DNA of 64,000 nt from Octopus sinensis (Eukaryota): the NCBI RefSeq assembly GCF_006345805.1, contig NC_043000.1:29016001-29080000 (forward strand), in the 5' to 3' direction. The position numbers and the translations under genes are program-made. The notes beneath the pieces are model-generated. The model saw only the letters and a program-made list of their open reading frames with translations. It did not search any database and was not told the DNA's origin. Every line of letters begins with the position of its first letter. The stretch's first letter is position 1. Shown here piece after piece: positions 24,632 through 36,819 of this stretch.

Positions 24632-24710
24632 TATAAATGTGTGTGTGTTTATATGTATAAGTGTAATATATATGCATATATATATATACACAAACACGCA
24701 CACACACACA

Positions 24711-24756
<46 letters not shown>

Positions 24757-25229
24757 GGTGTGTGTATACACACATACATACGTGCATATATATTACGGGG
24801 GTCCACGCAACTTGAGCTTCGCAATAAAATCGACTCAGTATAGAGACATTATCAGTACGTGTTCACTTATTCTTCTTAAAAGTGCTTTGAAATAATGTTC
24901 TCTGAACATACATGCAGATATATGTGTGTGTGTGCGCGCGCGTGTGTGTGTGTGTGCGTGCGCGTACATATGTACATATATGTGTGTGTGAGTGTCTGTA
25001 TGCGTGTATTGCCAGCACACACACACATATATATATATATATATAATATGTATCTACACATATGAGATATATATATATGCTTATATATATATATCTATAT
25101 ATATATATATATATATATATGCATATATGCATATAATATATATATATGTATAATACATACATACATAGATATATACGTACGTACGTACGTACATACATAC
25201 ATATATACATACATACATACATACATGCA

Positions 25230-25340
<111 letters not shown>

Positions 25341-25669
25341 ATTCCTGATAAATGAAGCAATGCATAGACACACATATTCAACCCCATGCTATCATACTCA
25401 CACACTTACACACACACACACACTTTTACTCCCAAGAATGAGATGCAATATAACAATAAAATTACTGTGCAGTATTAAATGTCACTGAATAATACGACAG
25501 ACAATGCATTTGGTAATGAAACGATGCTTAATATTACAGAAATAGTTTTAATATATTCACTGATATTATACTGTATGGTAGCTGATATTAATATATTCAA
25601 TTACACCGTTATACATACATGGAAAGATGTATATATTTATATATATGTGTGTGTGTGTGTGTCATTATA

Positions 25670-25745
<76 letters not shown>

Positions 25746-25906
25746 AGTGTGTGTCCTAATATAATATACATCTGAGATATATTAATGTCCTTCCTTATTT
25801 CACAATATTTCGATATATAGACGTTTTGTCTCTCTTCAGCTTAACAACTAATGAAAACTAGGGATATATGGAGGTCGTGAACTGTTATCAAAATAATAAC
25901 AATAAC

Positions 25907-25962
<56 letters not shown>

Positions 25963-25999
25963 TAATATTGATTATATCATATGAGTGGTAATAATAATC

Positions 26000-27760
26000 A
26001 TTGTCATTACAAATATTTAATAATATACTGAAGGAAATGGAAAAATACCAGACGACAAACCATAAATATTGCGGCCGATAACCTCACAATCTCGAGTTTA
26101 CATGGGAAATATATAACCACCAAAAATAAATCAGCTCTCTTTCAGAAGAATAGAAGGGATACTGTTAAGGCTTGTGGTCGTAAAGAACATATAATGCTGA
26201 AGAAAATTATGACCGGAGACAGTGGAAAGAAAAAAGATTTGAAGTGTTTGACATGGATTGACTACCAGAAGGATTTTCACAGAGTTCCTAACCAGTTGAT
26301 TCTGGAAACATTAACCATAATGAATGTTAAAGTTGAAGTCGATGAATTCATTAGGCGAGAGCATATCCCGGTTTTAGTTGCGTTTAAGCGATTGGGAGCA
26401 AAAAAAAAGCGAGATTACAATCCGTCACAAGGTTAAGCCTCCAAGTATCACTGGTACTCAGAACCTGAAATGAAATGCGTTGCTCAAGGACACAATGTGT
26501 CGTCCCCATTCGAGAATCGAACACACGACCTAATGTTTATGGATCTCAACTAACTATCATTAATAAGCAGGAGTGGCTGTGTGGTAAGTAGTTTGTTTAC
26601 CAACCACATGGTTCCGGGTTCATTCCCATTGTGTGGCATCTTGGGCAAGTGTCTTCTATTATAGCCTCGGGCCGACCAAAGCTTTGTGAGTGGATTTGGA
26701 AGACGGAAACTGAAAGAAGCCCGTCGTATATATGTATATGTGTGTGTGTGCTTGTCCCCCAGACATCGCTTGACAATCGATGCTGGTGTGTTTACGTCCC
26801 CGTAATTTAGCGGCTCGGCAAAAAGAGACCGATAGAATAAGTACTAGGCTTACAAAGAATAAGTCCTGGGGTGGATTTTCTCGACTAAAGGTGGTGCTCC
26901 AGCATGGCCACAGTCAAATGACTGAAACAAGTAAAAGAGTAATAAGCAGACAATTTATACATGGCACGAATAAATGGCAAACAATTCTGCAAATACAGCA
27001 AGAAGAAGGAATTATAAAAAAAAAACAACCACACCATTTCTAATATTGAGGAAAATTCCACGGGAGGACTCGCTCTCTCCACTCAACTTCTGTCTAACGC
27101 CAACATTTTAATCACAATATGAAAGCAGACGAGGTTTGGATACAAATGGTATAAGAAGATAATCAACTGTCTTTTGTATATGGACGTACTTATTTATAGG
27201 CAACGGATAATAAATGACGACGGTGCACATATTTAATAGAATTGTTGAAAATCGAGTTAGAAATATGCGCTAAGTTAACCTTGAAGAGATGAAAATTAAA
27301 AGGAACGCTAATGCCATGTCAAATAAAGACACTGAAATAACGGGCTTAGACTAAAAACAGACTTACAACTACATAAGAATTAGTCAGCTAGACTGTGTAC
27401 AACACACACTAAATAAAGAAAATGTTAGAAAGGGATATTATGGATGCATTAGATTAGTATTTAAAACAGAGGTTAATCCAAAAGAAGTAATATATAAAAT
27501 CAATACCTAGAAAGTTCCAGTGATAAGTTTTAGTTATAATAATCTCAACTGGACGATACATGAATTAGTAAAATTAGAGAGGAAAAATAAGAGAAATAAC
27601 GACTGCGTGTAGAATACATCTCCAAAATCTGACATAGCAAGATTGTATTTACCACGATTACTGGAACAGACACTTAATGTAACTAGAAAGCTATTATACG
27701 AGGTTTGTATTGAAAGCAGTGCAAAAGTTGGCATAACTTTGTTTTGCTGACTGACATGTC
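26000..27760 (+). mobile_element. Old R4/Dong-type non-LTR RT fragment interrupted by SINEs (~26350-26945)
   Basis: WIDYQKDFHRVP resembles WIDYKKAFDSVP; DSLSPLNFCL resembles FQGDSLSPLLFCL; LLYMDVLIY resembles LLYMDDLKLY; later SDIARLYLPR-like segment; preceded by (AAT)n at 25900-25965. Confidence 0.75.
26568..26945 (+). mobile_element. SINE family A, full length
   Basis: Complete head-to-tail match to the family. Confidence 0.85.
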
Positions 27761-27961
27761 GTTCGAACTGTACATGTTGGTAGAATTCTTTCTTAATAGT
27801 CGTTCTCAACTATTTTTTGCCTTTAGACAATTTTCAAGTTTAGCTTATTCCGATGAACCCTCATTCTTAAGAAATCCTATTATATTTACGTAATTAGATA
27901 TTATTAGGGATTGTATTTAAAAAATGTTAAAATATTTTGTGCATTGTAACAAATTTATTAC

Positions 27962-28255
27962 TCTGTTGTGTCTGGGGAGGGTCATTTTCTTTTTGCGCCT
28001 TATAATTTAACACACTCACCGGTATAATTTCTACTTATTTCTTTTTTTATTTTTAGTTGCGTTTAAGCGATTGGGAGCAAAAAAAGTGAGATTACAATCT
28101 GTCACAAGGTTAAATCTCCAAGTATCACTGGTACTCAGATTCAGGTGTAGATTGAAAGAACCTGAAATGAAATGCGTTGCTCAAGGCACAATGATTAAAG
28201 GGTGTGTTAAATTATAAGGCACAAAAAGAAAATGACTCTCCCCAGACACAACAGA
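27962..28255. repeat. 56-bp inverted repeats enclosing a SINE fragment also present at 26370-26500
   Basis: Arms 27962-28017 and 28200-28255 with 3 mismatches. Confidence 0.8.
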
Positions 28256-28424
28256 ATATGCTTCAACACACGAACTCACATAAAGAATCTTGCAAACTAA
28301 ATCCAAGAACGAAATAATTTATTACTCATAAACTTTAACTACAAAATCTTATATGAACCACCACCCCTCAAGTGTCATACGGACCCCGGTTCAGAACCAT
28401 TGCTCCATACCAAGCAATTACTAA

Positions 28425-28640
28425 ACATAGTCACCATCACAAGTGATGCATTTTCACCATCGTTAAACCCAAGTCCTAAGTCCTCTTTGAAAACAATTCA
28501 GGGATTCGCTTCTTGGTGGCCTTTTTAATCTCGTATATGTCACCAAATCGCTGTCTCCAAAGACTTTTCTTCGTTGGACAGGAGAGTTATAGATACGAAT
28601 TGGACTGTGGATACGCTCCATAGGGAACTTCTCTATTCTG
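28425..28640 (-). mobile_element. mariner transposase C-terminal remnant
   Basis: KKSLWRQRFGDIYEIKKAT...RW*KCITCDGDYV resembles LKEHLRGRRF.D.EEIK...RWEKCI..EGDYFE. Confidence 0.65.
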
Positions 28641-28682
28641 AAAGAGTGAAAACAATTTTCAGCTTATATGATTATTTCTTAT

Positions 28683-29097
28683 AAGGCGGCAAGCTGGCAG
28701 AATCGTTAGCACGCCGGTGAAATGTTTAGCAGTATTTCGTCTAGCGTTACGTTCTGAGTTCAAATTCTGCCGAGGTCGACTTTGCCTTTCATCCTGTTGG
28801 GGTCGATAAATTAAGTACCAGTTACGCACTGGGGTCGATATAATCGATTTAATCCGTTTGTCTGTCCTTGTTTGTCCTCTCTGCGTTTAGCCCCTTGTGG
28901 GTAGTAAAGAAATAGGTATTCGGCTAGCGTTACGTTCTGAGTTCAAACGCCGCCAAGCTCGACTTTGCCTTTCATCCTTTCGGGGTCGATTAAATAAGTA
29001 CTAGTTACGCACTGGGGTCGATGAAATCGACTGAAACCCTTTGTCTGTCCTTGTTTGTCCCCTCTATGTTTAGCCCTCTGTGGGCAATAAAGAAATA
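28683..29097 (+). mobile_element. SINE family B dimer
   Basis: Head GGCGGCAAGCTGGCAGAATCGTTAGC plus two 184-bp units. Confidence 0.9.
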
Positions 29098-30978
29098 TAT
29101 ATATGATTATTTCTTTCCCTTAACAAATAAAAGGATATTTTTTCAGGGCAAAAAATATATTAGATTTATTGGGCTAAGGTACATACCTTATTAGGTGAGT
29201 AGCCTAATAGTTAGGGTATTAAGCTTATATTCATAAGGTGGTTGGTTCGATTTCTAGCCTGAGAGGTGCTTCATTTTATCTGGCCCCCATCAGCTCAGCT
29301 GAAAATTAGTATTAATCAAGAACTAGTTCATCTCGTCTTCTGTTCTTCAGTTATCAAATTTTCGATGTTCCGCTGAGTCTTGGAGAGGGAGGACCGAGAC
29401 GGTGTCCCTGTCCTCACGACAACATAGACGCCTAAAATAATTAGTGAAAATATCGTAGATTGTACCGAGTTATACTCCCTGGTTGAGATTAGAGGTCACA
29501 ACGGACTCTCTCAGCGTAGATGTTCGATCTGCTATAAACGGCAGCCAAATCTCACTTACGTTACTCTATTCCGTTTAAAATTAAGAAGGACAAATTGCAC
29601 AATCTAGTTCTAGATATAATAAAAGATAGGGTGGTAACCACTGGAGGTATGTTCAGTCATAAATCTGCTAGGACAGAGTTAACATGAGACTGAATAATAA
29701 CAGTAAGAAAATCACGTACCACTTGTGTGTATGTGTATGAATCTATTTATGTATATACATGTGTATGTATATATATATATATATATGCAACCCAGTTGTA
29801 TTAGTGATTGAAAGATAACATTCAATACGTGTCAGACGCTTGTAACATGTTGAACTCCAGCTAAAGACAAACTAATATACACAAACAGAAATATTATTTC
29901 TCTCCAATAGAACTAACTGCGACACAAATGCTTGATTAAATCTAAACTTCTTCACAACTACACTTTCAATATATATTGATAAAATATACATCTTTGTTGA
30001 AAAATATTGAGAAAAATATAAAAATACAAAAACCAAGAGATTACAATAAGCTCTCCCAAACACGAAGAAAAATATATAGCGAGGAACCAACGCAAACGTA
30101 GATTCAGTCTAAAACATTTTCAATGAATACACTATGGTAATAAATCATAATATTCAGTGAGTTTACCAAAATCACGTAATATTGATCACTCAGAAATACA
30201 ATATTATCTCTCATAATTGAAAGCAACAGTTTCTATTTTTCTTATCCTCTCTTTTCTATTTTCTTTCGATCACTTCCCATGCCTTTTTATTGTTTGTTTG
30301 TTTGTTTTCATTTCGGTCCTTACCATTTTCAGTTTCATTTCTCTGTTTTTATTTCTTTACTCTTCTCTTACGTCATGTTTATGTTCTCAGTTTTAAAATT
30401 CACAATCAATTTTGCATTTTGCAGCTCTATGGTTGATAAACTTAGATAAACTTAGATATGTTTCGACCAAAGATTGGTCCAGGCTATGTCTAACTTAATA
30501 ATATACCAGTTATATATTGACTGATACGGAATGACAGTACTAAGCATGTTACCAGTTCAAATATGCTTGAGGCATATTCGAACCCGTTAGAAAGTCATTC
30601 ACTGCATTTTGTCGTGGAGAAATTTTTTCGCTGTAGACGAATAGGCGTAAATACATCGAGTCAACTCACGACGAGCCCTAACCAGATAGTTGGGGGCATG
30701 TATTTCAAAATGGTTATCTCCTCTCAGCCCCAGAGACTGAAAAGAGAGGCGCTGCGAAGTGGCACGAGAGACTGGTCCCTCGTGATATTCCCGTCGTGAA
30801 TTCACGTGGTTTAACGGTTAGAGTGTTGCACTCATGTCCACTAGACCGTGCTGTTGATTCCCAAACTTGAAATGTACTACACATTGAAGTATAAACATCT
30901 ATTCTATCCATGGACAGAAGACAGTTATTCTTTCTCTGATGAATGACTAACAAGGTTAGAAACTATTCCGATTGCTCC

Positions 30979-31224
30979 AATGTAAGTTATCTTTCGGCGG
31001 TGTAGGTGCAGGCACAAGCGTGGCTGTATAGGCGTGGCTGTATGGGTGTAGTCGTGGGTGTATAGGCGCAAGTATGGCTGTGTTGGTGCAGGTGTAGTAG
31101 TGTGGTAATGAGCTTGCGTCCGGGTTCAGTCCCACTGCATGGCACCTTGTCTTATACTATAGTCTCGATTCAACCAAAGTATTGTGAGTGGAATTGTGAG
31201 ACGGAAACTGAAAAAAGCCTGTCG

Positions 31225-31265
<41 letters not shown>

Positions 31266-31658
31266 TCATATATATATACACATATATAAATGCAAAATAC
31301 AGATATGTGTGTGTGAATACATATATATATATATATATAATATATATATATAACTATGTATACACATACATGCATACATATATATATATATATATACATA
31401 TATACGACAGGCTTCTTTCAGTTTCCGTCTCACAATTCCACTCACAAGACTTTGGGTGAATCGAGACTATAGTACAAGAGACTTGTCCAAGGTGCTATGC
31501 AGTGGGACTGAACCCGGAAGCAAGCTTCTTACCACACTGCTACGCCTGCGCCAGCACAGCCTTACCTGCGCCTATACACCCACAACTGCGCCCATACAGC
31601 CACGCCTGTGCCTACAAAGCTGCGCCTTCACCTAAACCACCGAAAGATAACTTACATT
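30979..31658. repeat. Imperfect palindrome of two inverted SINE-A derivatives around a microsatellite
   Basis: Arms 30979-31230 and 31399-31658 share the flank AATGTAAGTTATCTTTCGG, multimerised GGCGTGGCTGTAT units and diagnostic variants. Confidence 0.8.
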
Positions 31659-31659
31659 T

Positions 31660-31955
31660 GCCTCTCATCCTTTCGGGGTCGATAAATTAAGTACCAGTTA
31701 CGCACTGAGGTCGATATAATCGACTTAATCTGTTTGTCTGTCCTTGTTTGTCTCCTTTGTGTTTAGCCCCTTGTGGGTAATAAAGAAATAGGTATTTCGT
31801 CTGTCGTTACGTTCTGAGTTCAAATTCCACCGAGGTCGACTTTGCCTTTCATCATTTCGGGATCGATAAATTAAGTACCAGTTGCGTACTGGTTCGATCT
31901 AATCGACTGGTCCCCTCCCAAAAAATTTCGGGCCTTGTGCCTAATGTAGAAAAGC
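31660..31955 (+). mobile_element. SINE family B, 5'-truncated dimer with terminal tail
   Basis: Junction GAAATAGGTATTTC at 31785; tail GGGCCTTGTGCCTAATGTAGAAAAG. Confidence 0.85.
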
Positions 31956-31960
31956 GTGTG

Positions 31961-32049
<89 letters not shown>

Positions 32050-32428
32050 TAAATAAACAGATATTCTATTAACATTCAATAATATATTCATATTATAATA
32101 TTACATTAAATACTATGAATATAATATATAGCATAAAACATAACATAATATATAAATAATTATAAAAACCATAAAAGTCCAACAAATTATTTCGGCTTAT
32201 ATATATTTTTTCTGATATACATAATCACAGATCAATTGTATATAAGCCACTTCAGGGTAAATCGGTTCAGGAGGACGAAATCCCCTCTGGAAAGGACGGT
32301 TGGATTGTAAAAATTAATATTTATATCGTATCCAACTGAAGTATAAGTGAATTGGGTGTTTAACAACCCCTTTCAAGGATTTCTTTTCCTCAGTTTGTTA
32401 CTACACACATATATATATATATATATGT

Positions 32429-33514
32429 AGGCTCTGTAGTGATGACCATGACTTTGAAACTCAGTCTCAACGTATGGCTCACCACTTCACCCTACGTGGA
32501 TACCCCCTCACCACTATCCACACCGCCCTTGCCAGAGCACGGTCCGTGGACCGTGTATCTGCTCTCTCTCTCCGAACCCGCCCTGTAGTCTCCCGCCTTC
32601 CTTTTCCCCTCACTTACCACCCCACGACCCTACGTCTCCAACGCACCATTCTTCGAGCTTTCCGTCATCTCCAGTCCGACCCGTCCACTTCACACCTCTT
32701 TCCTAACCGACCCCTCCCCTCTTTCAAACGAGCCCACAACCTTCGAGACCTTTTGGTCCATAGCTCCTTCCCTGACCCTACCTCCCAACCCGGCTCGTTC
32801 CCCTGCTCCCGCCCACGTTGCCGCACTTGCCCTTACCTCTCCAACACCACCCGCCTCACTAGCACCCACCATCGACACTATCCCATCATCCACTCCTTCA
32901 CCTGCACCTCCAGCAATATTATCTATTGCGTCTCTTGCTCTCTCTGCAATTCCTTGTACATCGGACAAACGGGACGCCGCTTGGCTGACCGGTTCGCGGA
33001 ACACCTTCGTGACATCCGCCTTGCGAACGACACACCGGTCTCACGCCATTTCCGCTCCACCGGTCACTCCTTGCAACACCTATCTGTGTTCGGTTTGTCC
33101 TTACACAGAGGCCATCCGGATTCCCGTTTGCGCCGTGAACAGGAATTAATCTTCTCTCTTCGCTCTTATACGCCATTTGGTCTCAACTCTCCCCCCCCAC
33201 CTCATCTAACCCCCCTCTCCCCCCTCCTCACCTATCCTTCCCCCCCGACCCCTACTTCTTCAGTCCTTCATCCTTTCACCCCTACTCCCCTTCCCTTCTT
33301 CCCTCTTTCTCCCTCCCTCCTTCCCTCTTCCCTCTGCTCCCTCACTCCCCTTCTCTCCCCCCTCTTCCTCCTTCCTCCCCCTCCCCCCTCCCCTTCCTTC
33401 TCCCCCTCCTCTCTCCCCCCTCTTCTTCCCCTCCCCCTCTTCTCCTCACTACACCACACGACTTTACACATCACATCATATATGATGTGGCATACTAATA
33501 CATACACCAACTAA
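32429..33514 (+). CDS. PLE ORF C-terminal part: RT thumb, Zn-finger linker, GIY-YIG endonuclease
   Basis: Stop-free: RLCSDDHDF...LRGYP...FKRAHNLRDLLVHS...CSRPRCRTCP...NIIYCVSCSLCNSLYIGQTGRRLADRFAEH...RHF...EQELIFSLRSYTPFGLN; reads through into a low-complexity tail. Confidence 0.85.
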   Translation, partial: RLCSDDHDFETQSQRMAHHFTLRGYPLTTIHTALARARSVDRVSALSLRTRPVVSRLPFPLTYHPTTLRLQRTILRAFRHLQSDPSTSHLFPNRPLPSFKRAHNLRDLLVHSSFPDPTSQPGSFPCSRPRCRTCPYLSNTTRLTSTHHRHYPIIHSFTCTSSNIIYCVSCSLCNSLYIGQTGRRLADRFAEHLRDIRLANDTPVSRHFRSTGHSLQHLSVFGLSLHRGHPDSRLRREQELIFSLRSYTPFGLNSPPPPHLTPLSPLLTYPSPPTPTSSVLHPFTPTPLPFFPLSPSLLPSSLCSLTPLLSPLFLLPPPPPSPSFSPSSLPPLLPLPLFSSLHHTTLHITSYMMWHTNTYTN

Positions 33515-34030
33515 TACATACTAATACGTACTAATACATACTAATACATACTAATACATACACCAACCCTATACATACACACGTCCAGACCCCTCATACG
33601 CACTTATACTCTCTCATACACACACACACACACTTATACATACTAATATGTACTAATACATACTAATACATACTAATACATACTAATACATACACCAACC
33701 CCATACATACGCCTGTCCAGACCTATCCTAGGGTCATTCAACCCTATTATCTCCCCTTATTTCGCTCTCGCGTCTCATGTTTGATCTTTGACCTCTGGCC
33801 GAAATCAGATCGCCATGTTGATTCGTTAGTTACTGCATGCATTTTTTTTCTCTCCTTCTTTCTGTGTTTTTTTTATCTCTGTGTATCTTTCTGTTGAAGA
33901 GCGTAGGCTCGAAACGTTAAAGACTTGTTTTATTTATATTTCCTGAGCGCCATACTAATACAATTGTTTGTTTGTTTTCCACCTGCCTTCGTCTTTTGTC
34001 TATTTTCATAAAGCTTCCCGTTATATATAT
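32429..34030 (+). mobile_element. 5'-truncated Neptune-type Penelope-like element
   Basis: ORF with linker C-x4-C-x2-C and GIY-YIG; C/T-rich tract; ACTAATACAT tandem repeats; 3' terminal motif CTGTTGAAGAGCGTAGGCTCGAAACG. Confidence 0.9.
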
Positions 34031-34039
34031 ATATATACT

Positions 34040-34230
34040 CATCAGCATTAAAGGGCTTTGCGGTGCAAATATACCGCCTGCACTGATCTATAATCTTCAT
34101 ACTTGCAACATCTGTGGCCTTCTTTGCAAATCGTTGATGGGACTTAATTGTGACATTCGACTTAAGGATTATGATTGACAAAGGAAGAGTACGGTGGCGG
34201 GGCGTCATACGTCAAAACTGACGGAAGAGA
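34040..34230 (+). mobile_element. RTE (BovB-like) LINE 3' end
   Basis: HTCNICGLLCKSLMGLNCDIR resembles the C-terminal C..CGR.CRSRIGL.SH.R motif, followed by a short 3' UTR. Confidence 0.6.
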
Positions 34231-34389
34231 CTAATATATACATATATATATATATATATATAAAACTTGGAGAAGAGAAAAAGAGAAATAACGCGTGCGT
34301 TCGGTCATATAGTAATATAATTTATAAATAAAATATATGCATATATACATACATATATGTACATACTTACACCTACATGTATATATACA

Positions 34390-34740
34390 TGCATACATAT
34401 ATATATGTGAGTACAGGACACCACAAATAAACGTAGAACACAACGAGAGACGAGAACATAAAATCAAACAAGGAAACGGACTTTTTTAAACAACGAAAAA
34501 ACAGAGTACAGGACAAACAATACAAGGAAAATTCCCCTTCATCAGCTGTCCCTGGTTCGACTCAAAGTGTGTTTCGAAGGTGAGGACAGAACACAGTTGA
34601 AGCAGTCCTTCCTTCAAAAGGAATTAAATAAAATTCTTTTGCAGAGGGGTAAAACAAGTGACAAAAACAGGACGTAAAAGCAATACAAATGAAGAAAAAA
34701 CAAGACAATAAAGAAACAGGACAGGAAACAGACAATAAGG
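34390..34740 (-). mobile_element. PLE-derived short repeat
   Basis: Minus strand GAAGG...CCTTCGAAAC and CTGATGAAGGGGAA, ending GTGGTGTCCTGTACTCAC(AT)n. Confidence 0.5.
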
Positions 34741-35134
34741 GCTTTTTTTGGCTGGACGGTGGAAAAATTTGTTAGAACGCTTGTAAAAAATCGGGTTACG
34801 AAGGACAGAGAAGTCGATCTATACTTGTTGAAAGACGAAGCTGAAAGAAACTTTTAGCAACCCTCTGGTCAGGAGGAGGAGGAGAGAGAGAGAGGGGGGA
34901 AAGAAACCAGAAGGGTGAAAAATAAAGAAAGTTTTAGCAACCCTCTGGTTGTGTGTGTGTGTGTGTGTGTACGACAGGCTTCTTTCAGTTTCCGTCTACT
35001 AAATCCACTCACAAGGCTCTTGGTCGGCCCGAGACAATAGTAGAAGTCAATTGCCCAAGGTGCCACACAGTGGGACTGAACCCTGAACCATGTGGTTGGA
35101 AAGCAAACTTCTTACCACACATCCACGCCACCGC

Positions 35135-35183
<49 letters not shown>

Positions 35184-35207
35184 TAGATAGATAGATAGAT
35201 AGATATC

Positions 35208-35279
<72 letters not shown>

Positions 35280-35351
35280 CATACATATATATATATATAC
35301 ATATATTATATATACATATATATATATATATATATAACTATATATATATAC

Positions 35352-35384
<33 letters not shown>

Positions 35385-35513
35385 CACATATATATACATA
35401 TATATATACATATATATACATATATATATATATATATACATATAATATATATATATAATATATATATATACATATATTATATATATATAATATATATACA
35501 TATATATATACAT

Positions 35514-35552
<39 letters not shown>

Positions 35553-35565
35553 TACATATATATAA

Positions 35566-35637
<72 letters not shown>

Positions 35638-35664
35638 CATATATATATAATATATATATATAAC

Positions 35665-35695
<31 letters not shown>

Positions 35696-35696
35696 C

Positions 35697-35737
<41 letters not shown>

Positions 35738-35804
35738 TATATGTATATATATATATATATATACATATATATATAATATATAATATATATATAATATATA
35801 TATA

Positions 35805-35865
<61 letters not shown>

Positions 35866-35889
35866 TATATATATAATATATATATATAT
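35135..35889. repeat. ~750-bp degenerate (TA)n tract
   Basis: Directly visible. Confidence 0.95.
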
Positions 35890-36438
35890 AAAATGAAGTT
35901 AACGCAGGTGTAAACAAGTATTTTTACTTTCGACACATGTTTCGAAAATTCCACTGATACTATTCAAAAGAATAAATGGTATAAACAATGCAATCTTCTC
36001 TTCGGGAAAGTGAAAAAACGAAACTCGTCAATACGACATTTTAGCAAAAAATGATGGATTTGTATAGCGATAGACAGAACGCTATTAATATTGTTTAAAA
36101 AAACGTTATATGATATAACGTCATAAGTAGCTAACAGAAAGAGAAGTAGCTAACAGAAAGAGAAGGGATATTAATAGTGAATGTTAAATATAAAGGAAAT
36201 TAAACTTTAAATTATATGTAATGATAGAGACTACTTATATGCACTAAATGTATGTTTTTGCCAATGCTTACATCTGTATGCTCGCTCTATGTCGTATTGA
36301 CGAGTTTCGTTTTTTCACTTTCCCGAAGAGAAGATTGCATTGTTTATACCATTTATTCTTTTGAATAGTATCAGTGGAATTTTCGAAACATGTGTCGAAA
36401 GTAAAAATACTTGTTTACACCTGCGTTAACTCCATTTT
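35890..36438. repeat. Foldback element: 149-bp near-perfect inverted repeats with 251-bp spacer
   Basis: Arms 35890-36038 and 36290-36438; one mismatch seen by eye. Confidence 0.9.
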
Positions 36439-36715
36439 TTATTCATATTATTCAAAATATTCAACGTAAACACCTTTATAAACAAGGAGTTACAAACAAG
36501 GAGTTACAACACTTTTACTTGTGAGATTTTTGCTGCCCTGGTAACTATTTATTTATTTTTCTGTGTTAATTGTTAACAAGGTAAAAATGCACTCATCTAT
36601 TTATATATATATATATATATATAATATATATATATATATATTATATATATATATTATATATATATATATATCAAACACGCATGTTTACGAATGTATATGT
36701 GTGTATGTGTATGTT

Positions 36716-36763
<48 letters not shown>

Positions 36764-36768
36764 TATTT

Positions 36769-36819
<51 letters not shown>

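Noticed and set aside
32340-32400. CUGAGGA...GAAA on the minus strand as a hammerhead
   Set aside because: Stem II and the NUH/stem I geometry could not be formed.
35112-35954. 280-aa ORF and the many other YI/CV/HT/CM-rich ORFs (5793-6412, 23504-23849, 24863-25405, 55072-56422, 61239-62747)
   Set aside because: Translations of (TA)n, (TG)n and (TATG)n microsatellites, which lack stop codons in some frames.
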